Counted from the stretch's first letter, positions 1-9,145 are shown. The stretch: DNA of 15,750 nt from Eledone cirrhosa (GCA_964016885.1 CAXHJY010000754.1:1-15750), one strand, 5' to 3'. Numbers and translations: made by a program. The notes: generated by a model not told the origin, from the sequence alone.

Positions 1-360
1 GTACAATATAGTATAGTATAGTATAGTACAGTTTAGTATGGTATAGTATAGTACAGTATAGTATAGTACAGTACAGTATAGTACAGTACAGTATAGTATA
101 GTACAGTACAGTATAGTATAGTACAGTATAGTACAGTACAGTATAGTATAGTACAGTACAGTATAGTACAGTACAGTATAGTATAGTACAGTACAGTATA
201 GTACAGTACAGTACAGTACAGTATAGTATAGTACAGTATAGTACAGTACAGTATAATATAGTACAGTTCAGTATAGTACAGTACAGTACAGTATAGTATA
301 GTACAGTAGAGTATAGTATAGTACAGTACAGTATAGTATAGTACAGTATAGTATAGTATA
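1..360. repeat. Pentanucleotide microsatellite (GTATA/GTACA)n, runs off the window start
   Basis: About 70 5-bp units alternating irregularly between GTATA and GTACA; abuts the 3' tail of the SINE at 361-552. Confidence 0.97.
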
Positions 361-552
361 ATAATAGTTTCTACTTTTGGCACAAGGCCAGCAATTACAC
401 AGTACATTACTGGTACTTTATTTTATCGACTCCGTAAGGATGAAAGGCAAAGTTAACCTCGGCGGGATTTGAACTCAGAATGGAAAGGGCCGTAACTCTA
501 TGCGTTAAAGCATGGTGTCCGACTCTCTACCGATACTGCCAGTCCACCGCCC
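361..552 (-). mobile_element. Full-length tRNA-derived SINE with Nin/Deu-like central domain
   Basis: Minus strand reads GGGCGGTGGACTGGCAGTATCGG... with Pol III A box TGGCAGTATCGG (541-530), B box GAGTTCAAATCC (476-465), core TTGCCTTTCATCCTTACGGAGTCGATAAAATAAAGTACCAG and a (TAT)n tail. Near-identical copies at 3849-3957, 4604-4749 and 12570-12623. Family label is from recalled similarity, not a search. Confidence 0.9.
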
Positions 553-564
553 TAAAGTATAGGA

Positions 565-594
565 TAATAATATAATATAATATAATATAATATA
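565..594. repeat. (ATATA)n pentamer microsatellite
   Basis: About 6 units of TAATA/ATATA beside the SINE head. Confidence 0.85.
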
Positions 595-719
595 AACTAA
601 TCTAGAAGAAGGAGCAGCAGCCATGTTTTTTTGTGTTGAAGATTATTCGATTTTCTGGTGCAATTAGTTGAGATAATAAAATATGAATGATTCCCAGTGG
701 AACATTATACTGTGGTGGA

Positions 720-1146
720 GAGGGTGGGGTAGAGGTGTAGGTAGAGGTAGGGGTAGAGGTAGGTGTGTGTGTAGAGGTAGGTGTAGGTAGATGTGTAGGT
801 TGTGTATAGAGGTAGGTGTAGGTAGATGTGTAGGTTGTGTGTAGCTGTAGATAGATGTGTAGGTTGTGTGTAGAGGTAGGTGTGTAGGTTGTGTGTAGGT
901 TGTGTGTAGCTGTAGATAGATGTGTAGGTTGTGTGTAGAGGTAGGTGTAGGTAGATGTGTAGGTTGTGTGTAGAGGTAGGTGTAGGTAGATGTGTAGGTT
1001 GTGTGTAGCTGTAGATAGATGTGTAGGTTGTGTGTAGAGGTAGATGTGTAGGTTGTGTGTAGGTTGTGTGTAGCTGTAGATAGATGTGTAGGTTGTGTGT
1101 AGAGGTAGGTGTAGGTAGATGTGTAGGTTGTGTGTGTGTGGGTAGA
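720..1146. repeat. Compound GT/GTAG minisatellite
   Basis: Shuffled modules GTGTAGGTT, GTGTAGAGGTAGGTGTAGGTAGAT and GTGTAGCTGTAGATAGAT repeated many times. Confidence 0.93.
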
Positions 1147-1148
1147 GT

Positions 1149-1603
1149 ATGATGATGTTGGTGATGGTGATGATGGTGATTTTGCAGGTAGTGATGATGG
1201 TGATGGTGATGATGGTGATGATGGTGATGGTGGTAGCGATGATGGTGATGGTGATGGTTGTGAAGAGGATGGTGATGGTGATGATGGTGATGATGATGAT
1301 GCTAGTGATGACGACGACGACGACGACGACGATGATGATGACAACCATCCTGGCCATGATGATGATATCGAGGATGAGGAAGAGGGGCGGGAGAGGAGGA
1401 GGAAGAGGGGCGGGAGAGTAGGAGGAAGAAGAAAAGAGGATGAGAAAGAGGTGGCGGCGTAAGGGGATGAGGAGGAGGAAGTGGATGAAGGTAAGGAGGA
1501 AGAGGCGGACGAAGTGGAGGAGGAAAAGGAGATGGACGAGGTGGAGGAGGAGAGGGAGGTGGAGGGGGAGGAGGTGGACGAGGAGGAGGAGGAGGAGGAG
1601 GAG
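1149..1603. repeat. (GAT/GGT/GAC)n triplet tract followed by a GA-rich (GAG/GGA) polypurine tract
   Basis: Triplet tract ~1149-1365, purine tract ~1370-1603 ending in (GAG)n. Confidence 0.9.
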
Positions 1604-1696
1604 GTACAGTAAACAGTGACTATTCAAACCACATATTTCACAACCAGCGATACTTAGAAAATTATAAACAAACAAACAAAAAATAAACAAAATAAC

Positions 1697-2203
1697 ACCA
1701 CTGCCACCACTACCACTACCACCACCACCACCACTACCACCACCACCACCGCCGCCACCACTACCAACACCGCCAGTAACAGTACCACCACCACCACTAC
1801 CACCACCGCCACTACCAACACCGCCACCACCAACACCACTAATACCATCACCGCCAGTAACAACACCACCACCACCACCACTACCACCGCCACCACTACC
1901 ACTACCACCACCGCCACTATCACCAGCACCACTACCAACACCGCCAGTAACAGTACCACCACCACCACTACCACCACCGCCACTACCAACACCGCCACCA
2001 CCAACACCACTAACATCATCACTGCCAGTAACAACACCACCACTACCACCACCGCCACCACCACCACCGCCACTACCACCAGCACCACTACCAACACCGC
2101 CAGTAACAGTACCACCACCACCACCACTACCACCACCAGTACTACCTGCAAAACAACCACAATCATCATCACCATAATCATTACTATTATCATCATCATC
2201 ATC
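1697..2203. repeat. (CCA/CTA/CCG)n triplet array with internally duplicated blocks, ending in (ATC)n
   Basis: The marker CCAGTAACAGTACC recurs at ~1773, ~1944 and ~2100, showing ~160-170 bp block duplication. Confidence 0.92.
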
Positions 2204-2244
2204 GCTCTATATTTTTTTCGTATTTAGGTTTGCATTCATTTGTG

Positions 2245-2246
<2 letters not shown>

Positions 2247-2280
<34 letters not shown>

Positions 2281-2486
2281 CTATGTGTGTGTGTGTGTGT
2301 GTGTGTGTGACTATGTGTCTGTGTGTGTGTGTGTGTGTGTGACTATGTGTCTGTATGTGTGTGTGTGTGACTATGTGTGTGTGTGTGTGTGTGTGTGACT
2401 ATGTGTGTGTGTGTGTGTGTGTGTGACTATGTGTCTGTGTGTGTGTGTGTGACTATGTGTCTGTATGTGTGTGTGTGTGTGTGTGT
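2247..2486. repeat. (TG)n microsatellite periodically interrupted by ACTA
   Basis: TG runs punctuated by GACTATGTGT about 7 times. Confidence 0.95.
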
Positions 2487-2734
2487 ATTTATCATTTTTA
2501 TTGAGTGCAGTTCATCAAAGTTTGGAGCGCTGGCAGAAACGACAACAACAACAACAACAAGAAATGAAAAATCATTTTGAAGAATAATCTTTAAAGTAAA
2601 AAGTTATTAATGGCGTCGCTTTGGGAATGTGTGAAGATCAACAAGAAACTATCAGTGGTTCCATATTTGGAGGTCCTTAGTCTTTGGGATTTGATGTGGG
2701 AAGAAATATCACCACTGATCAACACATCATTATG

Positions 2735-3250
2735 TTGGGGTGCCACTGGTGTGCCACTGGTACAGCCAGTCGTTGGGGTGCCACTCTAGATGTGCCACTG
2801 GTACAGTCACTCGTTGGGGTGCCACTGTAGATGTGTCACTGGTACAGCCAGTCACTGGGGTGACACTGTAGATGTGTCACTGGTACAGTCAGTCGTTGGG
2901 GTGTCACTCTAGATGTGCCACTGGTACAGTCACTCGTTGGGGTGCCACTGTAGATGTGCCACTGGTACAGCCAGTCACTGGGGTGACACTGTAGATGTGT
3001 CACTGGTACAGCCAGTCGTTGGGGTGTCACTCTAGATGTGCCACTGGTACAGTCACTCGTTGGGGTGCCACTGTAGATGTGCCACTGGTACAGCCAGTCA
3101 CTGGGGTGACACTGTAGATGTGCCACTGGTACAGTCACTCGTTGGGGTGCCACTGTAGATGTGCCACTGGTACAGCCAGTCACTGGGGTGACACTGTAGA
3201 TGTGCCACTGGTACAGCCAGTCACTGGGGTGACACTGTAGATGTGCCACT
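2735..3250. repeat. 41-bp minisatellite, ~12.5 copies, with 123-bp three-variant higher-order unit
   Basis: Unit GTGCCACTGGTACAGYCASTCRYTGGGGTGNCACTSTAGAT starts at 2751, 2792, 2833, etc. Variant order ABC ABC ABC B C C. Confidence 0.96.
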
Positions 3251-3307
3251 CTCCAAATGTTATATTGCATTGAAACGAAAAACGAAAAACGAAAAAGGAA
3301 GACTCAC

Positions 3308-3379
3308 CAACTTTTGTATCTTCGGGTTTGACAATAATTTTTGATGATTGGAGCAACGTAGGAGGTTCGTTGGTAGAAA
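3308..3379 (-). CDS. Internal coding exon, N-terminal part of cadherin EC1 (CDH23/Cad87A/CDHR-like non-classical cadherin)
   Basis: Strong acceptor tttatttcttctgttccag, strong donor G|gtgagt, 72 nt, phase 1-1, open frame (x)STNEPPTLLQSSKIIVKPEDTKV(G). Fits the cadherin pattern N-x-P-P-x-F/L...I/V-x-x-x-E-D-T-x-V-G. An intron in the Gly codon after EDTPV and a phase-1 intron after the signal peptide match my recollection of CDH23/CDHR1 gene structure. The peptide is only 24 aa, so no orthologue is assigned. Confidence 0.75.
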
Positions 3380-3410
3380 CTGGAACAGAAGAAATAAACG
3401 TCTTTAAGTA

Positions 3411-3711
3411 AAACAATAGTTGATCGAATATGTAGCCCCGATTAACACAATCACAACCATCACAGGTACAGAGTTGGCTACCCACAGGTGAGAAAATATA
3501 AACGTTTTTAGTAAAAGAAAGAAACGAGAGATCAACAATAGTTGGAATATGTAACCTTGATTAACACCATCACAACCGCCACAGGTACAGAGTTAGCCAT
3601 CCATAGGTGAGAAAATATACACTTTTTTAACTGAAAGAAAGAAATACGACAACAATAGTTGATGGTATATGTAACCTTGATTAACACCATCACAACAACC
3701 ACAGGTACAGT
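3411..3711. repeat. ~120-bp tandem duplication, 2.5 diverged copies
   Basis: AACAATAGTTG...ATATGTAACCTTGATTAACACCATCACAAC...CACAGGTACAG starts at 3411, 3534 and 3651. Confidence 0.9.
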
Positions 3712-3848
3712 CAACTAATCGTTGGTTGACTTCAGTAAGAAGACTTCTCCATTGCATTCGGCGTTAGAATCTGAAACTGAACCCTTCCTCGAGGCTTATT
3801 TAAACTGTTTGTCTCATTAGTCATTTAGTAATTTATTATATTAATCCT

Positions 3849-3957
3849 GAATCCCGCCGAGGTTAACTTTGCCTTTCATCCTTACGGGGTCGATAAAATA
3901 AAGTACCAGTAATACACTGGGTATTTGCTAGCCTTGTGCCAAAAGTAGAAACAATTA
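3849..3957 (+). mobile_element. 5'-truncated copy of the Nin/Deu-like SINE
   Basis: Reverse complement of ~365-470 with few mismatches, from AATCCCGCCGAGGTTAACTTTGCC to GTGCCAAAAGTAGAAAC; begins inside the B box. Confidence 0.9.
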
Positions 3958-3964
3958 TATTAAT

Positions 3965-4024
3965 CCCGTAAAGATGGAAGGAAATCAAAGTTAACCTCAG
4001 TGAGATTTGAAACCGGATGGTAAA

Positions 4025-4102
<78 letters not shown>

Positions 4103-4152
4103 TAACTAAAAACTCCGGATTATTTCGCGCGATGCTCTACCGAATCTGACAA
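3965..4152 (-). mobile_element. Diverged SINE copy interrupted by a (TA)n run (~4025-4100)
   Basis: CCCGTAAAGATGGAAGG...CAAAGTTAACCTCAGTGAGATTTGAAC aligns with 432-474; CTCTACCGAATCTGACAA (4135-4152) aligns with the A-box region 525-542. Confidence 0.7.
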
Positions 4153-4208
4153 TAATTTTTAAAACTTAGGTACGAGGCTGTAACTCAATGAAAGATGACA
4201 ACAAAATG

Positions 4209-4350
4209 GTTCTAATCTAGACACAAGAGTTGCAATTTGTGCGGAGGGGGAAAATCGATTATATTGGCCCGAGTATATAACTGGTGGTTTATCTTATCAA
4301 CTGCGGAAGTATAAAAAGTAAAATTACCTCGCCAGGATTTGAACCCAGAA
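4209..4350 (-). mobile_element. Older, diverged SINE of the same superfamily, head missing or displaced
   Basis: TTCTAATCTAGACACAAG...ACTGGTGGTTTATCTTATCAAC...ACCTCGCCAGGATTTGAACCCAGAA is colinear with 369-480 and has an extra ~25-nt segment (GGAGGGGGAAAATCGATTATATTGGCCC). Confidence 0.7.
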
Positions 4351-4535
4351 TATATATATATATATAATTTATATATATATATAATATATGTATATATATA
4401 ATTTATATATATATATAATATATGTATATATATAATTTATATATATATATAATATATGTATATATAATATATGTATATATATTATTTATATATATATATA
4501 ATTTATAATTCATATATAATTTATATATATATATA
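4351..4535. repeat. Degenerate (TA)n tract
   Basis: Almost pure A/T dinucleotide repeat with duplicated sub-blocks. Confidence 0.95.
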
Positions 4536-4580
4536 TTCCTGATGATTTCTCCCGAATGAAACAGTTCTAGTCCTGTAGAA
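4536..4580 (+). ncRNA. Minimal type I hammerhead ribozyme-like motif within a Penelope-like element relic
   Basis: ttc-CUGAUGA(4539-4545)-uuuc/uccc/gaau(stem II)-GAA(4558-4560)-ACAG/uucuaguc/CUGU(stem III)-A4577-gaa. All core nucleotides and a GUA cleavage triplet are present. Stem I is only 3 bp and the 10.1-11.1 position is U.U. Confidence 0.55.
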
Positions 4581-4603
4581 GCCATTTATATATATATATA
4601 TAA

Positions 4604-4749
4604 ATAATTGTTTCTACTTTAGGCACAAGGCCAGCAATTACCCAGTGCATTACTGGTACTTTATTTTATCGACCCCGTAAGGATGAAAGGCAAAGTCAAA
4701 CTCGTAAAGGGGCGTCCGACCCTCTACCGATACTGCCAATCCACCGCCC
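4604..4749 (-). mobile_element. Young SINE copy with internal deletions removing the B box
   Basis: Near-identical to 364-462, then a short TAAAGGGGC remnant, then matches 517-552. A box is kept, B box is lost. Confidence 0.88.
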
Positions 4750-5197
4750 TTATATATATATAAATAAATAATATATATATATAATACTTCTATGCCATAT
4801 ATCCACCTCCTCTATAACTACTCTGACAATCCGCCGCCTTCTAATGACAACAGAATGACCAAGTAATGTGAATGTGAACGATGGTATGTATGTGAATAAT
4901 AAACAGGCGGTAGTAATACTATATAGTAATATTATACAAGAGTAAAGCAGTATAGAATATCATTTTAATTACGAAGGATTGTAAAGAGAGGTAAGCGTGA
5001 AGATATTAAACATTTTTCATCAGCGAAATAGAAGACATTTTGATTTTTCTAATATGAAAATCTCAACATGGCGCTTGATCAGAGAACAATGTTGAAGATA
5101 TCAGCCAATTGGAAAGATTGAATAACTTAACGAGTTGATTACTTCTTATTAAATACCTCAACATGGCTCTTAAATTCCTACACATATTCCTACTACT

Positions 5198-6713
5198 GAT
5201 GTTGTTGTTGTTGTTGTTGCTGCTGCTGTTGTTGTTGTCTGTTGATGTTGCTGTTGTTGTTGTTATTGTTGCTGTTGCCTGTTGATGTTGTTGTTATTTT
5301 ATGTTGCTGCTGTTGTTGTTGTTGTTGTTGTTGTTGCCTGTTGATGTTGTTGTTATTTTATGTTGCTGCTGCTGTTGTTGTTGTTGTTGTTGTTGTTGCC
5401 TGTTGATGTTGTTGTTATTTTATGTTGCTGCTGCTGTTGTTGTTGTTGTTGTTGCCTGTTGATGTTGTTGTTATTTTATGCTGCTGCTGCTGTTGTTGTT
5501 GTTGTTGCCTGTTGATGTTGTTGTTATTTTATGTTGCTGCTGCTGTTGTTGTTGTTGCCTGTTGATGTTGTTGTTATTTTATGTTGCTGCTGCTGTTGTT
5601 GTTGTTGTTGTTGCCTGTTGATGTTGTTGTTATTTTATGTTGCTGCTGTTGTTGTTGTTGTTGTTGCCTGTTGATGTTGTTGTTATTTTATGTTGCTGCT
5701 GCTGTTGTTGTTGTTGTTGCCTGTTGATGTTGTTGTTATTTTATGTTGCTGCTGCTGTTGTTGTTGTTGTTGCCTGTTGATGTTGTTGTTATTTTATGTT
5801 GCTGCTGCTGTTGTTGTTGTTGTTGTTGCCTGTTGATGTTGTTGTTATTTTATGTTGCTGCTGCTGTTGTTGTTGTTGTTGTTGCCTGTTGATGTTGTTG
5901 TTATTTTATGTTGCTGCTGCTGTTGTTGTTGTTGTTGCCTGTTATGTTGTTGTTATTTTATGTTGCTGCTGCTGTTGTTGTTGTTGTTGCCTGTTGATGT
6001 TGTTATTTTATGTTGTTGTTATTGTTGTTGTTATTATTTTATGTTGATGTTGTTATTATTTTATGTTGTGGTTGTTATTGTTGTTGTTGTCTGTTGATGT
6101 TGTGTTATTATTTTATGCTGATGTTGTTGTTATTATTTTATGTGGATGTTGTGGTTGTTATTGTTGTTGTTGTTGTTGTCTGTTGATGTTGTGTTATTAT
6201 TTTATGTTGATGTTGTTGTTATTATTTTATGTGGATGTTGTGGTTGTTATTGTTGTTGTTGTTGTTGTCTGTTGATGTTGTGTTATTATTTTATGTTGTT
6301 ATTATTGTTGTTGTCTTTCTTGTCTGTTAATGTTTTTGTTGCTGTCTTGAGATTGTCTGTTGTTGTTATTGTCTGTTGATGTTGTTGCTGTTACTGTTGT
6401 TATCTTGATATTTTTGTTGTGGTTGTTGTTGTCTTTGTTAATGTCGTTGTTGTTGCTGTCATGATATTCTTGTTGTTGTTGTTATCTGTTGATATTGTTG
6501 TTATCTGTTGATATTGTTATTGTCTGTTGATGTTGTTGTTGTTACTGTTGTTGTTGTCGGTTGATATTGTTGTGTTGTTGTTGTTACTGTTGTTGTTGTT
6601 AATGTTGTTGTTGTTACTGTTGTTTTTGTTAATGTTGTTGTCGGTTGATATTGTTGTATGTTGTTGTTACTGTTGTTACTCTTGTTGTTGTTGTTGTTGT
6701 CGGTTGATATTGT
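5198..6713. repeat. (GTT)n-based array with a ~60-bp higher-order unit
   Basis: GCCTGTTGATGTTGTTGTTATTTTAT(GTT)(GCT)2-3(GTT)n repeats about a dozen times over 5277-6010; a different longer unit occurs at ~6060-6300 and the array then degenerates. Confidence 0.95.
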
Positions 6714-7040
6714 TAGTTTTAATTCATGCTATTTTAATAACGTTTATGGTCGAGAAATATATATTTTTCTTTTATTAAAAAAAAAGAGAAAAAAATTACC
6801 CAAAACACCTCAGGATTATTATTTTCCGTGTTGAATCATTTGTTCGCGTGTTCAAACCTTCCTTTTGCTATTTCATTTGAACAATTTCTCTCACCGTAAA
6901 GATAATCAACAAAATACTTCTTTTTTTCTCTCTTCTTCTGAAATACTATTTCATGTTTAATTTTTCCTGTTATCTTCATTAATCCGGAAGAAAGAAATGT
7001 CTTTCATATACTTAACAAACTTCAGTAATCCTTTTGCCCC

Positions 7041-7455
7041 GTTCTCTACTTCTCTCTCTACTTCTTCCCCCTCAGTTTCTCATTCTATCGCCCCCCTCTC
7101 TCTATCTATCTCACGCCCTCTCTCTACTCCAATCTCTCTTTTTTCTCGCTTTCTCTCACATTCTTGCCCTCTCTCTCTCTCTCTATATATATATTGCTTT
7201 CAGTCTATCACTTTCCCTCTCTATCTCTCCCAGTCTCCTCTACCCCCTCTCTTGCTGTTAGTCTATCACACTTTCCTTTCTCTCTCTCTTGCAGGCATTA
7301 TATATATATATATATTGGAAGGGAAATGATAAAAAGATAGAGAGGGTGAAAGAGCGAGACAGAGATAGAGAGGATGAAAGAGAGAAGCAGTAATAGAGAG
7401 GGTGAAAGACAGATAGAGTTAGAGATAGAATGACATAGATTAGAAGAGAGAGATA
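7041..7455. repeat. CT-rich tract (7041-7290), short (TA)n, then GA-rich tract (7327-7455)
   Basis: Polypyrimidine and polypurine low-complexity tracts facing each other. Confidence 0.85.
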
Positions 7456-7987
7456 ACAGATAATTCCGACTTCACCGAAGATAAAACACCGCGGCACACG
7501 AGATTTAATCACCATCTTGTTTTGGTTATTGATCATTGGCTAGTGAGGCACATAGTTTGAGGCACACGGAGCTAAAATCTTTCTCACTTACTCCAAACCA
7601 ACAACTATTTATTACATTGTACAAAAATATAGAAATAATATTTTGTCATATAAAATATATCAGAAATGAAAACAAAATCCGTTCCGTGTCACAGTTTAAG
7701 GGGAATACAGTTCACTTGGTCACCGACTGTTAACAACAACAACAAAACCCCCCCCACAGAAAAACATGAAAAAAAAAAAGGAAAAAAAGAGAAAAAAAAT
7801 GGCGTCTGATTGAAAGCAGAATTTTTCGTTCGTCTTCCTCACTGCAGTTAAACATTTTTACGCGTTACATCAATCTATTTAATAGCCGGGACAAATTAAC
7901 GTAATTTTAAGTATCTCATTTACTCAGGTAATATTTCTCTCTCTATTTTATCTATTGATGAGATGAAACGAATGACAGACGAGAACT

Positions 7988-7991
7988 ACAA

Positions 7992-8027
<36 letters not shown>
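7988..8027. repeat. (CAA)2(CAG)11 trinucleotide repeat
   Basis: Seen directly; no supported exon context. Confidence 0.9.
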
Positions 8028-8028
<1 letters not shown>

Positions 8029-8363
8029 CATGCGCAGAGAGAAGAGGAGACACATCATTATCTTTATGGCTTTGTAAACTCACGAAGCCTAGAAGTTGCA
8101 TCCTTAAAAGCATTCTTATCAGGAAACTATTCCTGTGATCATCATACAACATTTATTTCAATTGAATTATTGACTTTACAGAGTCTTCTTCACCCGCTAC
8201 ACCATCCTATCCCACCTTCCATCTTAAGGCTAATTTTAAACAAGCTTTGACGTGATTATTCGATTTAAAAAAACAACAAAATTCACGAAAAAACGACCCC
8301 CCCCAACAAACAAACAAACTAAAAATTAATTAAAAAATAAAATAAAATGGTCTACTATAAAAG

Positions 8364-8681
8364 TAACAACAACAACAACAGTAACAACTCCGTCAACAAC
8401 AACAACAACAACGGCAACAACAGCAGTGACAACAACAACAACAATAACAACAACAGTAACAGTAATAGTAACAACCGCAACAACAACAACAGTAACAAAA
8501 ACAGTGACAAAACAACAACAACAACAGCAGCAATAACAATAACAGTAACAGTTACAACAGTAACAACAACACCAACAACAACAGTAACAACAGAAACAAC
8601 AACAACAACAGCAACAACAACAGAAACAACAACAACAGCAACAACAACAACAGCAACAACAACAACAACAACGGTAACAGT

Positions 8682-8730
<49 letters not shown>

Positions 8731-9145
8731 GTAACAACAACAACAACAACACCAACAACAACGACAGTAACAATATCAACAACAACACCAACAACAACGA
8801 CAGTAACAACAAGAGTAAGACAAAGAACTAAATACAAAAGATTATTGAAGTCTAAATCGACATTGATGTTTAGCAAGAATCGATTGCTTTCACCTCACTA
8901 GTGAAATTAAAATGGTGTCATGGAAGGGGGGTAACTCTTCCCCTCAGGAAACAGTATACCACAGTAACAACAACAGTAACAGCAACACAGTAACAACTAC
9001 AGTAACAACAACAACAACAACAACAGTAACAGCAACAACAACAGTAACAACAACAGTAACAACAGCAACAACAACTACAGTAACAACAGCAACAGTAGCA
9101 ACAATAGCAGCAACAATAACCCCCCCCCAACACCAACACCAGCAA
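8364..9145. repeat. Two (AAC)n arrays with CAG/AGT interruptions (8364-8812, 8960-9145)
   Basis: Seen directly; ~150-bp unique spacer between them. Confidence 0.95.

Noticed and set aside
465-552. tRNA gene suggested by A and B boxes
   Set aside because: No cloverleaf or acceptor stem; it continues into a SINE core with multiple dispersed copies.
602-2202. Long ORFs (362, 226, 182, 110 aa), including mucin-like and acidic ones
   Set aside because: Translations of triplet and GTAG repeats, open in several frames and strands, with no splice or domain support.
2735-3250. CRISPR-like periodic array and ORF 2836..3270
   Set aside because: No unique spacers, no cas genes, eukaryotic context; the 41-bp unit cycles through all frames.
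6895-6937. Minus-strand 43-nt candidate exon (KKREKKKYFVDYLY-G, cag...gtgaga)
   Set aside because: Phase fits the cadherin exon, but the polypyrimidine tract is poor and the peptide is not a signal peptide.
8084-8132. Minus-strand candidate exon ending in gtgagt (NSFLIRMLLRMQLLGF)
   Set aside because: Weak acceptor, phase 0 end incompatible with the phase 1 cadherin exon, and no recognisable homology; could at most be a UTR exon.
7963-8250. 95-aa ORF with poly-Ser from the CAG repeat
   Set aside because: No recognisable domain or splice support; length is compatible with chance.
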